Below, piece by piece: positions 1 through 13,924 of a stretch of DNA of 64,000 bases. This stretch comes from Squalus acanthias (lineage: Eukaryota): assembly GCA_030390025.1 (NCBI GenBank), contig CM059433.1:20896001-20960000 (forward strand), read 5' to 3'. Under the pieces are notes generated by a model that was not told the origin of the DNA, searched no databases, and worked only from the letters and a program-made list of their open reading frames with translations. Position numbers and translations under genes: made by a program. Positions within the stretch are counted from its first letter, which is position 1; each line of letters opens with the position of its first letter.

Positions 1-492
1 CACCCTTCCTGGCATCTCTTTCGAGTTGAACCAGACTATTCATAACTCTGATCCCGAGTGGAGATTTCAAACCCACATCACCAAGATTGTTCACTTCCAC
101 CTCTGTAAGGTTGCCCTCCTCTGATGCTGTGTTACGTGGTGATATATATTCCCCATTTATTAAAATACGTATTTGCAATAACTAATTAGGTTTTTCAATT
201 AGAGTTTAGAAATAACTAAGTAACAAAAGAAAAGAGACACATTCAGCAGCCACTTTATTGACTCTGTGAGTGAATAGTGCAATAGAACATCAGCTTCACA
301 GGTGTAGGTTAACAGACAATTTATGTGATCCCACACTCCCAGTAGGGAGGCCACTCAGTAAAGAGAGTGCGGTCAAAGAGAGAGCTAAAGCACTGTAGCC
401 CAAATCTTCAATCCACACTCCTTGTAATTCTTTCCACAATTTTGCCTCTGCCAATCTGACTGCTTCTTAAGTAGCTTATGTTATATCAGTTG

Positions 493-927
493 AAAGGAAA
501 TAAAGGAAGAACTTGCAGTTATATCGCGCCTTTCATGACCTCAGGACGTCCCAAAGCTCATTGTTGTAATTTGGGAAACACAGCAGCCACTTTGCGCACA
601 GCAAGCTCCCACAAACAGCAATGTGATAATGACCAGATAATCTGTTTTCGTGATGTTGATTGAGGGATAAACATTGTGGCTAGGACACCGGGGATAACTC
701 CCCTGCTCTTCTTCAAAATAGTGCCATGGGATCTTTTACATTTGCCTGAGAGGGCAGACGGCGCCTCAGTTTAACGTCTCATCCGAAAGGCGGCACTTCC
801 GACAGTGCAGCACTCCCTCAGCACTGCACTGGAGTGTCAGCCTAGATTTTTGTGGTCAAGTCTCTGGAGTGGGACTTGAACCCACGACCTTCTGACTCAG
901 CCAGGTCAGCTAAGCCACAGCTGACAC
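493..927 (-). mobile_element. tRNA-derived Deu-domain SINE (SacSINE1-like)
   Basis: Reverse complement of the SINE at 29016-29491: tRNA head, GATGAGACGTTAAAC...GATCCCATGGCAC Deu-like core, L2-like tail. Confidence 0.85.
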
Positions 928-1563
928 TCTTTAGTTTGTGTCACTAAACGTTATCTTTTCAATATGTTTTCTTGCCATTATCGGCGCACATCTTATGGAA
1001 AAGAAGTTCTTTCATTTGTTCAATAGTTTGTCAGAAACCACATTTTCTGTTGCTGGCTTTTAAGTGACTCGGTTTTTCTGGAAGTTCTTGCATTAGTCAG
1101 CAGAGAATATGCATCCTTGCTGACAAAGTTTTCTCAGTGACTCTTGCTGAAAGGAACCAATGCACATAAACAGTGAAAGTAATGCTGGATTACTGTTACA
1201 CTAAACTTTCATCAGTTGCTGGGTATAAGGATTTGCTTAGATCCTGAGGCAAACTACTGAGGTGATCCTCACTGTCCTGTCATGCTTGATTTCCACTCGG
1301 GTAATGATTTTTAGGGAGTTCTTTAGTTTCTTATGGTTATTGTGTTGATGTGACATTTGTTCTTTGCAGGTGTTTGGTAAAGCAGGTGTTGCTAAGGGTT
1401 TCTACAGGTCTGTAGGTCCAATTTTATTATTTCACTAATTTGAAATGTCAGACAAAACACAACAGTTACGGAGCTGTTTGATCCAATTCAATTCAACATA
1501 AAGTGGTCCAGAGATTGTTATGATCTGCCATCTTAACACTCCTGTTGACTTTGCCGTTATATT

Positions 1564-3009
1564 GGGGGTAATGTTAACCCTCAAAAACAGGTGGGTTTGG
1601 GTCGGATGGGCTGTTAAAATGTCAAAAATCTCAAACCCGAACCCAACCCGTCTCGAACTCACCCACTTCCGGCTTTGATGTTGGATGGGGGTCGGTGGGC
1701 GGCCAACCCACTCCCAGTAGGCAGGTAGCTCATTGAAATATTTTAATGAGGCTGTGTGCTTCAGATTTATTTCCCTTCCAGCTTTAAAGCTGGCCAGCCG
1801 GGTTTCCCAGGCCTCGGGAAACCCGACAGCTGAAGGGAAGCGAGAACTTCTGGATGTAACAGGTAAGTGCTTTTCCAGCACTGCTTGTGGGCCAGGAGAA
1901 ACAGGAGTGTTTCCCCTGGGCCACCAAACTACCCTGTTAACCTCCCCGCTGATCAGACCCACTCCCCCGCGATCTGAAGCCCTCCCGATGTCTTCCACGG
2001 CCTGCGATCTCCTCCTGCCCCAAGATCACCACCAGATCCCTCCCCCCGATCGCCTCCATGACCCTCCTGCGATCTCCTCCACGGGAGCCCCGCAATCTTT
2101 TTCCCACCTCCCCGATCTCTCTGACCTCTCCATCGATGTCTACTCCTCCCCCGATCTCTCCGGGCTCCCCCATCGATGTCCCCCCGACCCCCGATCTCTC
2201 CAGGCCCCCTCATCGATGTCCCCTCCTCCCCGATCTCTCTGGGACCCCCATCGATGCCTCCTTCTCCCCGATCTCTCCGGGACCCCCATCGATGTCCCCT
2301 CCTCCCCGATCTCTCCGGGACCCCCATCGATGTCCCCTCCTCCCCGATCTCTCTGGGACCCCCATCGATGCCCCCTTCTCCCCGATCTCTCCGGGACCCC
2401 CATCGATGCCCCCTCCTCCCCGATCTCTCCGGGACCCCTCATCGATGTCCCCTCCTCCCCGATCTCTCTGGGACCCCCATCGATGTCCCCTCCTCCCCGA
2501 TCTCTCCGGGACCCCCATCGATGCCCCCTTCTCCCCGATCTCTCCGGTACCCCCATCGATGTCCCTTCCTCCCCGATCTCTCTGGGACCCCCATCGATGC
2601 CCCCTTCTCCCCGATCTCTCCAGGCCCCCTCATCGATGTCCCCTCCTCCCCCGATCTCTCCGAGCACCCCCATCGATGTCCCCCCCCGACCCCCGATCTC
2701 TCCGAGCACCCCCATCAATGTCCCCTCCTCCCCGATCTCTCCAGGCCCCTTCATCGATGTCCCCTCCTCCCCGATCCCTGATCTCTCCCTCCCTTCTTTC
2801 AGCTCCCCGGCTGCGGCCTGGTGCCGCAGGTCTACCCACCTGACAGCCAGCCAGCCTCTCAATCTGTGGCTGAGAAACAGAGTCCAAAAATGGTATTCAG
2901 GTCCAACCGTTAAATTCGGCAGGACCTGAGGGAAACCTATTCTACCAGGTTTCCCAACCACTAAAGTGTCCCCCCACTCCCTCCCAGCCTCCTCGTAAAT
3001 ATCGGGGCC
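1564..3009. mobile_element. Harbinger-type non-autonomous element/MITE with internal minisatellite
   Basis: GG...CC ends with ATT on both sides (1561-1563, 3010-3012); shares blocks (CCCACTTCC, CAGCCAGCCAGCCTCTCAATCTG) with 4093-5001, 24556-25297 and 33528-34850; TIR weak. Confidence 0.65.
2105..2790. repeat. 38-bp C-rich minisatellite, about 18 units
   Basis: Unit GACCCCCATCGATGTCCCCTCCTCCCCGATCTCTCCGG (e.g. starts 2281, 2319); explains the repetitive ORFs in all frames. Confidence 0.95.
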
Positions 3010-3175
3010 ATTGTTTCTGAAATAAACGTCAACTGCTGTGATAAAGCAGGAGACATGATCAACTTTGAAGTACTTATCTTACTTCTACATTGTTTCTGGG
3101 AGATTTCAGCATAAGCTTTGCATTTAAAGGGAAACCTAAAGCTGCTGATTGAATTTAATGCACATAATACTCTAT

Positions 3176-4070
3176 GGGGTAGAAATTAGGTCGCGCCCCA
3201 TTTGGGGCGCAAATATCGTCCGGACGCAAATATTAGCACCTGGCGCTAATTATCGGTACTGACAGGAAACTTCACTTTTACCGCCCCGGGAGGTGAGTGG
3301 AGCGCTAAAGCAGGCGCTGCACACCTCTCTTAAGGCGCAAAGGCCGAGCAGTGAGGCGCTAACTCGGAGCGCTGGCGAAGCTCATGTAATGTCAGTCAGC
3401 AATGGAACACACACACAATGGCACGGGCCAGTTCTTAAAGGGGATGGTTAATCTTGCTTTCCATCCACATCCTGTTCATTGCTGCCTTGAATCTCGGCCT
3501 GGAGAGACTTGCACATCAAATGTGCTGGAAAGAACAATGGAGCGTACCAGGCAAAGAGCTCAGAGTGCAGCTCCCACAGTCTCTGCTAAATCGATACAAG
3601 GAATGGCAAATCAAAATGAACCTGCAAAGTGCTGCTCAGTACCCAAAACTCCTTCACACAACGTTGAATCTCTCCAGAAGTCTCTCCCTCTCTCTCTCAG
3701 AATGCGTAGTTCAAAAATGCCACCAACAATAAAAGACAGGAAGAGGCCCCCTTTAAATAGCGCCCCCCCCCCAGCCCCACAGCGATTGATAGCGTTCCAG
3801 TCTTCTGGTCGTTGGAAGCGCCAGGCGGTAAGGCAGGGGGCGCCACTCAATTTCCGCTACGGGGCGCCACAAGGGCGTTGCACCATGGAATGACGTCACA
3901 ATCTGCGCGCGCAGGTGGTCGCAGCGGTAAGTTTTAGCGCCGCCGCACAATCTCAAGTTAAGTTCTCGAGCGGCGCAAACATCGCTGCGCCCGGGCGTTA
4001 GCGGCTTTGCGCCCCATTAGCGCCCTCTTAAGGCGCTAACGGGAGGCGCAACCAAGTGAATTTTTACCCC
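3176..4070. mobile_element. PIF/Harbinger MITE, 895 bp (copy 1)
   Basis: TIR GGGGTAGAAATT/AATTTTTACCCC, TSD TAT; near-identical copy at 20470-21368. Confidence 0.9.
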
Positions 4071-4092
4071 TATTAATATAAGCCGAAATTTG

Positions 4093-5001
4093 GGCCGGAA
4101 TTTTCCCCTAAAAAAACGGTGGGGGCAGTTAAATTGTTAAAAATCGGATTCCTGACCTGATCCTGTCTCCAACCTGCCCACTTCCAGGTTTAACGGCAGT
4201 AGGATGAGGAGGCGGGACGGGGAGGCGGTACGTCAATTTAAATATTATAACGAGGCTGGATTTTGAATTTAACTGCATGTGGACGGGTTTCACACAATTC
4301 GTGAAACCCAGCAGTTAAACAGAGGCGGGGACTGCTGCATCCAGGAGGTAAGTGGCTTTATACCTACCTCCTGGATCCAGGGTCCCTGCCTAGCCCACCC
4401 TCCGCGATCGGAAAACCCCCCCACGAGGTCTCCGATCACCCCCCTCAGGCCTCCGATCCCCACCAGGAGGCCTTCCCCCCCACCCCACCGATGATGCTGA
4501 GGCCGGCCACAATCCTCTGGTGGCCAGCCTGATCCTCCATTTCCTCCCCCCCGCCGCACCCCCCCGCCCCAAAATTCGATCCTCTGGCCGACCCCCCAAT
4601 GCTGATCCCCGAACCCCCCGCCATCCCCGATCCTCCCCGTCGATCCTCCACCCCCCCTCGATCCCCGGCCCCCACTCCCCATGATCCCCGATCCTCCTCA
4701 CCCATCCCCCAACCTCCCCTCCCGATCCCCGAGCCCCGCTAACGCCCCTCCCACCCCCACGCGATCTCCGACCGAGCCACATGCAATCCCTGACTCCCCC
4801 CGCGATCCCTCCCCCGGACTGACCCCTCGCTCCCTCTCCGCATCTGCAGGCCTACCCACCTGCAGCCAGCCAGCCTCTCAATCTGGCTGGCTGCGGGCGG
4901 GAATCCGAGGCCTCACATGCAAATCAGGCCCTGCCGTTAAAGTCCCGCCCGCATTGGAGGCTCCCCGCCCCCAACCCACCTCCCTGGAGAAAATTCCGGC
5001 C
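4093..5001. mobile_element. Harbinger-type MITE with C-rich CGATC core
   Basis: Perfect 13-bp TIR GGCCGGAATTTTC/GAAAATTCCGGCC; flanks TTG/TAG. Confidence 0.8.
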
Positions 5002-5654
5002 TAGATTTTTGTTGTTTCCTGTACACAATGAAAACATGTTTACCAATATTGAATGCAGGGGAGAGATTGTCTTCAAATTGTAATGTCATACAGCTTGCTA
5101 CTTGCTGAATCACTTGGAAACTTAGGAACACTCTGTCATTTTTTAAAACCGATGTATAGGAATTCGCCATTAACAAAATAAACTGATTTTAGAATCAGAG
5201 TGACAAATGACCAAACCAGCTCACCAGTATTGGCATTTAAACCCTTTTGGCCAGAAAGAATTGGGCAAGAATTTCATCCTTTGCAGCTCATTTCTCCCTG
5301 GGTTGGGGCCTAGCCTCACTGCCATAGACTCTAATCCTGGAGAAAATAAAAAAAATTAGGTGGGCATGGTAGTCGGAGATCCAGGCAACAAGGCTTCTTT
5401 GATGTTGACAATTTCCCAAGGATGCAGGGCATCATCACCTGAAAATACAGCCTCCATCTGTTCAAGCCATACTATACAAAATTAGAAAGGGATATTACTA
5501 AATCAATGTGCAGATAGTGTTTGATGTCAATCTAAGCATCCTCCATGTTAATGCCATGATCCTTACACTTTACCACAATTTAGAATAGTAGAGCCAGAGG
5601 ACATGGCCTGCACTTGAAGGGGGGGTAAATTCAAAACTGACCTGCGCAAACAAT

Positions 5655-6040
5655 GGCCCCGATATTTACTGGGACGTGGCTTTGAAGTGGGCGTGTGTGG
5701 GTGGTAGAGGAGTTATGATCGGGTCCCTGAATGCTGTGGAGTTTTAACTTCAGGGCACGTGTGAATCTTTTTTCGGGTTCTCCGACTGAAAGCCACCCTG
5801 ATTGATGGGCTTGCTTGCCTGTTGGACGGGGAAGGCTGCGGCCCGGGGGAGTGGGTAGAGCGTGGTTGGGGGTGTTGCTGATCATGGGGGTGGGGGGGAA
5901 GATGACAGACGACGGGGTCGGGGAGATTGGGGGGGGTATCGGGGGAGACTGTGTAAGTGGCGGGGGGGGGGGACGTTTACAGGTTAGCTTGTTGGGCCTT
6001 GTTGGAAACACTCCTGCTCCTCCTGGCCCACAAGCAGTCA
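5655..6040. mobile_element. Partial MITE related to 1564-3009
   Basis: Begins GGCCCCGATATTTAC, the reverse complement of the 3009 end; also has AACACTCCTG...GGCCCACAAGCAGT matching 1880-1912 reversed. Confidence 0.6.
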
Positions 6041-8663
6041 TCTCAGCATATCATTGCAGCATTGTTTAACTGCGCTCCAAGACTGTCATTGTTTAAATGT
6101 CATAATGGCAATGATGTCCCTCTTGCTTGTCCTTTGCACTGCTGGGCCTGCACTGAAGCCTACAGTAAAGGTATCGTCCTTCCCTGGGGCTGCCGGCTGC
6201 CAGGTGTTTCTCAGCAATGAAGACATCTTTCCTGTGGAATGGTACTGGCTTTGCCTCCCTGCTGGCTTGTAAGATGCTGTTTTCAACACAGGCCTATCCA
6301 GCCACAAACCCAGCTGCCAGTGTTTCATACATGATGATTATATGGGAAGTGCAGGTACAGTGCTTTTAATGTGAAAAGTCGCCTTGTGTTCAGCTTCTGC
6401 ACCATGTACTCATCCTCACTGGTGTTTTCCTAGCTCTTCCCCTAAGTGCATCCTAGGTCAAGAGTATATTTGCAGATACTGTCATATTTGTTGCAGCCTG
6501 CGGGCTGCAGAATGAAGGAGACCAGCAGCCTCTGTACACCAAGAACCCAGAAATCCCTGGGTTCATTCCCACACTGACATGGGGTAATGTTGCCCTTCTT
6601 TGCAAAGATTCAGAGCTGAGCAATCCAGACAGATGTTCAGAAATCTGCACAGAAGATTCATCAGCGTGCGAACCAAAGGTGACATCCTGTGCATGGCCAT
6701 TGCTCCGCAAACTGGAGGACAGGAGCTCAAAAAATGCTTACACTTGCAGTGCTTCGATTTGCAGGGACCTTTACTGCTGTATTTACTTTTGCATTGCCTC
6801 CTGGAAGCTCCCTACTCTTGACCACCCAGAGTCAAAGCCAACCTTGGCAGAACATTGCACTCTGACACCTAATGCATCCGGAGCAGCTGTGTGTGCAGTA
6901 GGCTCAGAGATTGTGGTGTAAAGTTTACCATGTCAGCATGCATCCAAGAGAAGTCTGCTTCATGATTCCAACCAATTGCCTACATTGGTGGACAGCTGGG
7001 TCCTGCATTCCTGCATGGCACTGAGGCTGCACTCAAACTGTGCGCCACGATATGGATGAGGCCTCATTGTTCGGCAGCCAGCAGCATATCATTGCAGCAT
7101 TCTTCAGTTGAGTTCCAAGACTGTCATCGTTTAAATGTCACAGAGGCAATGATGACTGTCCCTTCCGCTTGTCCTTTGCAGTGCTGGATCTGCCCTCCAT
7201 GGAGCCAAGTAACCTTTCTGCAACATTTCCCAGCACTTTCACTTCTAAGGGAGGTTTCCATCTCTAGGTAACACAGGGGTGACAACAGATGACACCATCA
7301 CTGAATAAAGTGTACGCTTGCGGATTAATTGAGGCATTAGTGCTCCTAAGATCATGGAAAATGCTATTTGAAAGTGGATGACTGTAGATGTGACTGACTG
7401 GCCGCCCCCAGCCTCCTGTGCCACCTTGGTGCTGCCTTCATCAACAGAGGGACCACAAGGAGGAAAATAAGCTGAGGCATTCATGTTTTAGCAATTAATG
7501 TAGAAAGGGGCCCGTGTGCTTCTGAAGGTCAAGTTGTCACCACCAGCCTCTGCTTATATTTTGGCCAGCAATAAGCAGCACGATGGCATATTACGGTGCG
7601 TAGATTACACCTTGCATATTTTTAGCAGCAGGTCCGATGCTTGGCCTAACTATCTTGCAGCTGCTCACGTGGTTTCATTTTTAGTCACTTACAATTGTGC
7701 ACATGCCACACGGGAATGAAAAGATTAGCTGGCCTTCACCGGTGTTATCATCATATTGTCTTCCCATAAATGCACCAAGTGCTCTGGCAATTTCATGCTG
7801 CAGGTTCCCATTCATTCATAAATGCTGAACTCATCTCTTTATATTGGATGCCTTCAAGATGACAGCTTCATTAATTTTCTTTTCGCCCCCCCCCCCCTCA
7901 AGGCGTAAACTATATTCGTCATCTGTGGCTCCGGCTGCAGGACTCTTTCAGCCCGTATGACTGAACAAAATATGGTGCTGTGCAGTGCAGAATACTTTCT
8001 GGTCTAATCACTTACCTTGGTGGCTTTACTGATGTTGTTGCTTCCCGATTTCCAATACAGAGCTGACGTGCTGTGTCAGCTCTTTTCATGCACACAGTTG
8101 GTGGGCCTTAGTGACTGTGTAAACCGCCAATGCAAAGATTAGCTACTGCTGAGCTAACACTTTAGCATCCACAATCGCTCCTGTTCCTCTGCTCACCAGG
8201 CATGCGAGGGCCTCTTGAGATGGAAAAGTTGGTGTCTGATGACATCATTAAAACACGATGTTATTTTAACCCTGGATGGCATGACTTGCGCACAGTGCCG
8301 CTTGTGCCTGGGGAAGCTGGCATCAGAAGGCTCTCGGGGCAGAAGATGCCCTGGTAAGTAAACAATTTACATTTTTTCAAGGTTTCCTTGGGGGCCTGCA
8401 GGAGCAGGAGTCCTCCTTCGGACGCCACAAGGGAACCTTGGGCCTCCCCTATCCCAGGCTTCCCTTCCCCTTCCCACAATCGCTATCGGGTTAGACACCC
8501 CCATCACTAACCTTATTCCGGGGAGTGTTGCCTTGGATCCCTGGCCTGCTGCTGTGCAATTTTGTGTTCCCGCCCACCAGCCCCCACATCATTCCTGCAG
8601 GTTTGGGGCCTGGACTTTGGTAATGATGCCCTGGAGCAATCCGACTGCTCTCCCTATCGCGCC

Positions 8664-10250
8664 CATAAGAACATAAGAAATAGGAGCAGGAATAGGCCAC
8701 TTGGCCCCTCGAGCCTGCTGATCTTGGGCTCAAAGCCACTTCCCTGCCCACTCCCCATAACCCTTCACTCCCTTATCTTGCAAAAATCTGTCTATCTCCA
8801 CCTTAAATGTATTTAATGACCCAGCCTCCACAGCTCTCTGGGGCAGAGAATTTCACAGATTTATGACCCTCTGAGAGAAGAAATTCCTCCTCATCTCAGT
8901 TCTAAAAGGGCGACCCTTTATTCTGAAGCTATGCCCCCGAGTTCTAGATTTCCCCACGAGGGGAAACATCCTCTCTGCATCTACCTTGTCGAGCCCCCTC
9001 AGTATCTTATATGTTTCAATAAGATCACCTCTCATTCTTCTAAATCCAATGAGTATAATCCCAACCTGCTCAACCTTTCCTCATAAGTCAACACCCTCAT
9101 CTCAGGAATCAACCGTGTGAATCGTCTCTGAACTGCCTCCAATGCAAGTATGTCCTTCCTTAAATAAGGAGACCAAAACTGTACGCAGTACTCAAGTTGT
9201 GGTCTCAGCAATACCCTGTACAGTTGTAGCAGGACTTCCCTGCTTTTATACTCCAGCCCCCTTGCAATAAAGGCCAACATTCCATTTGCCTTTTTGATTA
9301 CTTGCTGTACCTGCATGCTAACTTTTTGTGTTTCATACACAAGGACCCCCAGGTCCCTCTGAACTGTAGCATTTTGTAATCTCTCTCCATTTAAATAATA
9401 ATTTGCTTTTTCATTTTTCCTGCCAAAGTGGATACCCTCGCATTTTCCCACATTATACTCCATCTGCCAAATGTTTGCCCACTCACTTAGCCTGTCTATA
9501 TCCTTTTGCAGATTCTTTCAGTCCTCTGCACAACTTGCTTTCCCACCCATCTTTGTATCATCCGTAAACTTGGCTACATTACACTCGGTCCCTTCATCCA
9601 AGTCATTAGTGTAGATTGTAAATAGTTGAGGCCCCAGCACCGATCCCTGTGGCACCCCACTAGTTACCGTTTGCCAACCGGAAAATGAGCCATTTATCCC
9701 AACTCTCTGCTTTCTGTTAGTTAGACAATTCTCTATCCATGCTAATATATTACCCCCAACTTCATGAGCTCTTATCTTATGCAGTAACCTTTTATGTGGC
9801 ACTTTATCGAATGCCTTCTGGAAATCCAAATACACCACATCCACTGGCTCACCCTTATCCACCCTGCTTGTTACATCCTCAAAGAACTCCAGCAAATTTG
9901 TTAAACATGATTTCCCTTTCATAAAACCATGCTGACTCTGCTTGACTGCATTGTGATTTTCCAAATGCCCTGCTACTGCTTCCTTAATGAAGGACTCCAG
10001 CATTTTCCCAATGACAGATGTTAGGCTAACTGGACTATAGTTTCCTGCTTTCTGTCTCACCTCCTTTCTTAAATAGGGGTGTTACATTTGCGGTTTTCCA
10101 ATCCACTGGGACCTCTCCAGAGTCCAGGGAATTTTGGTATATTGCAAACAATGCATCCACTATCTCTGCAGCCACTTCTTTTAAGACCCTGGGATGCAGG
10201 CCATCTGGTTCAGGGGACTCGTCATCTTTCAGTCCCATTATTTTACCAAG
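8664..10250 (-). mobile_element. CR1 LINE, 5'-truncated, degenerate RT
   Basis: Minus-strand ORFs: QHGFMKGKSCLTNLLEFF, YLDFQKAFDKVPH, GVPQGSVLGP, KFTDDTK; TTCTTATG tail. Confidence 0.95.
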
Positions 10251-10379
10251 TACCCATGCTGAATTTATGCCCTGAATTAAAATTGGGGTTTAGGATTTAT
10301 CACTCAGAGTCATGAAAAGTGACAGAAATTATCTTCATTAGAGAAAAGACAGGATCTTGGGGGAGGCGGGGGGTGGGGG

Positions 10380-10550
10380 GGGGGAACTTTGACTTTGAAT
10401 GATAGTGTAAAATGGCCGATATTGAATCAGCCGCCCGTTGTAAATCTCTCCCAATTTTTATTTCCATTGAAGTCAATGGGAGAGATGTATTAGGGGTGGC
10501 TGAATTGATATCGACCCGATTACACTATTGCCCAAAATCCAAATTACCCT
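10380..10550. mobile_element. Short palindromic MITE
   Basis: Imperfect full-length hairpin centred on CCATTGAAGTCAATGG; related to 55679-55866. Confidence 0.65.
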
Positions 10551-12007
10551 CTTGGTCTCTGAACTATTGAAAATTAATGCAACCACAAGTGAGACTAAAG
10601 ATTAAAAGAGCTCTTTTTGAATTTTTCTCTTGTAGAATAGTGGATACATATATAGTAGACTTCCAGAAAAATCAATTAATGCTATGTCAATAATTTAATT
10701 AAAATGAGTTACGTGACTAACTATTAATGATAGGGATGCCTGTGGACAAAGGTAATCAAATATTTCTTCTAAAACAATTGTTGCTAAACTCCTGGAATCA
10801 TGAAAATGCTATCTGTGGAAACAAGTGGGCACAAGTTGATCAATGGAGTTTGCAAGGCCAGATAGTTTTGTTTGCTTACCTTTGGGGAGGAGCAGAGATA
10901 ACTGCTAGGATGAAATTTTGAGAACTTTACCTCAGGCCCTTCTTGACAGGAAAGGTGGTACATGAGTTGTGGAAGATAAGGGCTTGTTGAGCAGTTCCTG
11001 TCCCTTGCTTTCTTAGACTTATCAAATCTGAAAACCAAGAGGGGTAGTTGCTAAGAAGATCTATCTCACCCAGCAAAGCATGCCTTCTTCCAGCTGATTG
11101 AGGAATTAAAGTTGGGTGTGGAGGAATTCACAACACTAATGCTCCCACCCTCTTACTAAATGAGCATATCATGGAGGCAGAGAGAAATCATATAAGTCAA
11201 AATTGTTGTTTAAAAATCTATTCTTGGTATATGTGCAGACTTTTAGAACTTGGGATGTTTCTGTACAAGTTTTGAAGCTTGAGGCATCTCGATATTCAGA
11301 CTAGGAAGATAAGAATCAAGAACTGAGTCTGCAAATGCAACTGGAGTGTGGAATAGGCCAAAGTGATGAAGATTTAGATGTGAGCAAGAAAGGTCTGGAA
11401 GGGGATTAATGGGATCTGGGTTGTAATTACTATAGTCTTGGATAGGGAATTGAGATTGGAGTCAATAGAAGTGTGGTCGGGGCTCGAAAGGAAACTTTGA
11501 AGTGAACATTTGAAACAATTCAATTGAACAATGCTCTTCGAAGATATATGATAAAAACATCCAGACTTCTTGGTCAGTTCTTAACACCACTGTCCATCAA
11601 TGTGATGCCTTAAAAGCATTAAGAACTTCAGTGCAAAGCAAGTACTTTTAAGTATTAAGTACCTATCCACATATACTTCCTCTACGCTGTGTATTGAGAT
11701 TTTATTCTTGTTTTATAGGACCAAAGTAGGCACCCATTTTAGAAGTAAATGCTGCTACCTTTTGAACTTGCTTCTTTGGTTTAAGCACTGGTTCGAAATT
11801 GCAGCAAAATCACTTCAGCACAAGACCATAGACCACTATACTTACACTGATTTGTGGCGAGAAATAATTTGTTTTACGAATAGCAACCTATGGATAAAAA
11901 GTAATGTGAGTGTGGCAGAAATGAGACTTAAAAGGGGAGTAACATTTATAGTTTTATTAATATATGGAGAAACCGAGAAGTTTCTTTGGAGCAGTTGAAT
12001 TTACATC

Positions 12008-12265
12008 TCATAGAATCATAGAATCGTACAGCACAGGGGGCCATTTGGCACATTGTGCCTCTGCCGGGTCTTTGAAAGAGCTATCAAATTCGTCCAACTA
12101 CCCTGCTCTTCCCCCATAGCTCTGTAATTTGTTTTCCTTTTCAAGTATTTATCCAATTTCCTTTTTAAAGTTACTATTGCTCCCACCACCCTTTCAGGCA
12201 GTGCGTCCCAAATCATAACAACTCGCTGCGTTAAAAAAAATGTCTCCTCATCTCGCCTCTGGTCT
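12008..12265 (-). mobile_element. CR1 3' fragment
   Basis: IWDALPERVV...KRKLDKYLK; (ATTCTATG)n tail. Confidence 0.85.
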
Positions 12266-12647
12266 TTTGGCAGAATCTCTAAGCTAAGGATTTGCTTTTT
12301 TTCTGAAAAATTATTCCTTTTTTTTTAATTGCCCTGGCTTAATGCATTGAGCTGTTAATGAAAATGTGTTTCCCAGTCCTCCAGAGAATACATTGGGTGA
12401 AAGAGAAAGTGCTCCACTGCTGCCATCAGTGCAGATTGCCACGGAGTGATTTTCCGACAAAGTGCTGAGTTATGATGCCTCCAAGCAGATCAGTAGCTGC
12501 ATCTCAATTACCAAAGCATGATGATGACAAGCAAGAAGGGAGCAGCAAAACTCAGCAGCTCGAATAAATAATGTTCCATTCATTTTATGTTTGCTAATTG
12601 TTGAACTTTTCACACGCTGATTCATCAAGTTTTGCTGTACTGGGTCA

Positions 12648-13240
12648 GAACAACAACAACAACTTGTATTTATATAGCGCCTTTAACGTAGTAAAACGTC
12701 CCAAGATGTATTTTAAGACAAAAAATTTGCCACTGATCCACATAAGGATAAATTAGGGCAGGCGATCAAAAGCTTGGTCAAAGAGGTAGGTTTTAAGGAG
12801 CGTCTTAAAGGATGAAAGAGAGGTAAGCGAGGCAGACAGATTTAGGCAGGGAATTCCAGAGCTTAGGGCCTAGGCAACAGAAGGCACGGCCACCAAAGTT
12901 TGAGCAATTATAATCAGGGATGCTCAAGAGGTCAGAATTAGAGGAGTGCAGATATCTCGGGGTGGGGGTGGGGGGTGGTGGGGGGGGGGGGTGGTGGTGC
13001 TGAAGGAGATTACAGAGATAGGGAGGGGGCGAGGCCATGGAGGGATTTGAAAACAAGGATGAGAATTTTTAAATCGAGGCGCTGCTTAACCGGGAGCCAA
13101 TGTAGGTCAGTGAGCACAGGGGTGATGGGCGAACGGGACTTGGTGCGAGTTAGGATACGGGTGGCTGAGTTTTGGATGACCTCAAGTTTACGTAGGGTGG
13201 AATGTGGGAGGCCGGCCAGGAGTGCGTTGGAATAGTCACG
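12648..13240 (-). mobile_element. L2 LINE 3' fragment
   Basis: DYSNALLAGLP...LHWLPVKQRLDLKIL; tail AAAGGCGCTATATAAATACAAG(TTG)n. Confidence 0.9.
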
Positions 13241-13924
13241 TCTTCTGTTAATGCCACATTTTTCCAAATGGATTTATAACTTCTATTACTGCTGGTCAGT
13301 GGACTCTGTTATATCTAGTTCTGTCATTGTGAGGTTTATTACTCAGATTCACACATAGCGCACCACTGCTGAATTTATTGTACAGGTTCACATTTAGCAC
13401 TGTTCCAGTTGAGTTTTACCACATAGGTTCATATCCAGCACGTCAATGTATTTGTTTCATTGCCCAGATTCATGCCTAGCACTATTGTGGTGAGTTTTCT
13501 ATCCAGTACTCTTATTGTTCTGTTTTCCTGTACAAGTTCATATTTAGAACAATTGCTGTGGGCTTTCTATCCAGTACTGCCTTTGGCCGCAAAATTAGGA
13601 GGTTTAGCGGCGGCGGTTAAGGCCGGTTATGCTGCAAAAATGGTGGCTGCCTCGCTTCCACCTGCTTCTGGCACGGAACGCGGTGGCTGCCATTTTGAGG
13701 AGGTCGGCAGCGCTGTCGTTGCCTGAGCTTGCCGCCCACATTTAAATGATGCAGATCATGCTATCAATCAGTGTACAATGCCTGAATTGATGCACAACTG
13801 TGATTTTGGACATCGCCGCTCTTGATACCGCCCTCTCCAAGCCATGCACGGAAGAACGTGCATGGAGCAGTACTACAAAGACACTGCCAGCGATTCTTAA
13901 AGGGACACACACATCTTTCAGGTA

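Noticed and set aside
1370..1407. Exon after strong TTTGCAG acceptor
   Set aside because: No convincing donor and no recognisable peptide.
2105..2790. CRISPR-like array
   Set aside because: Head-to-tail units with no unique spacers, no cas genes, eukaryotic context.
1733..2961. Long Pro-rich and Gly-rich ORFs (up to 398 aa)
   Set aside because: Produced by a stop-free 38-bp minisatellite that is open in many frames on both strands.
3402..3893. 163/164-aa ORF present in both MITE copies
   Set aside because: No recognisable domain; shared openness is explained by recent duplication.
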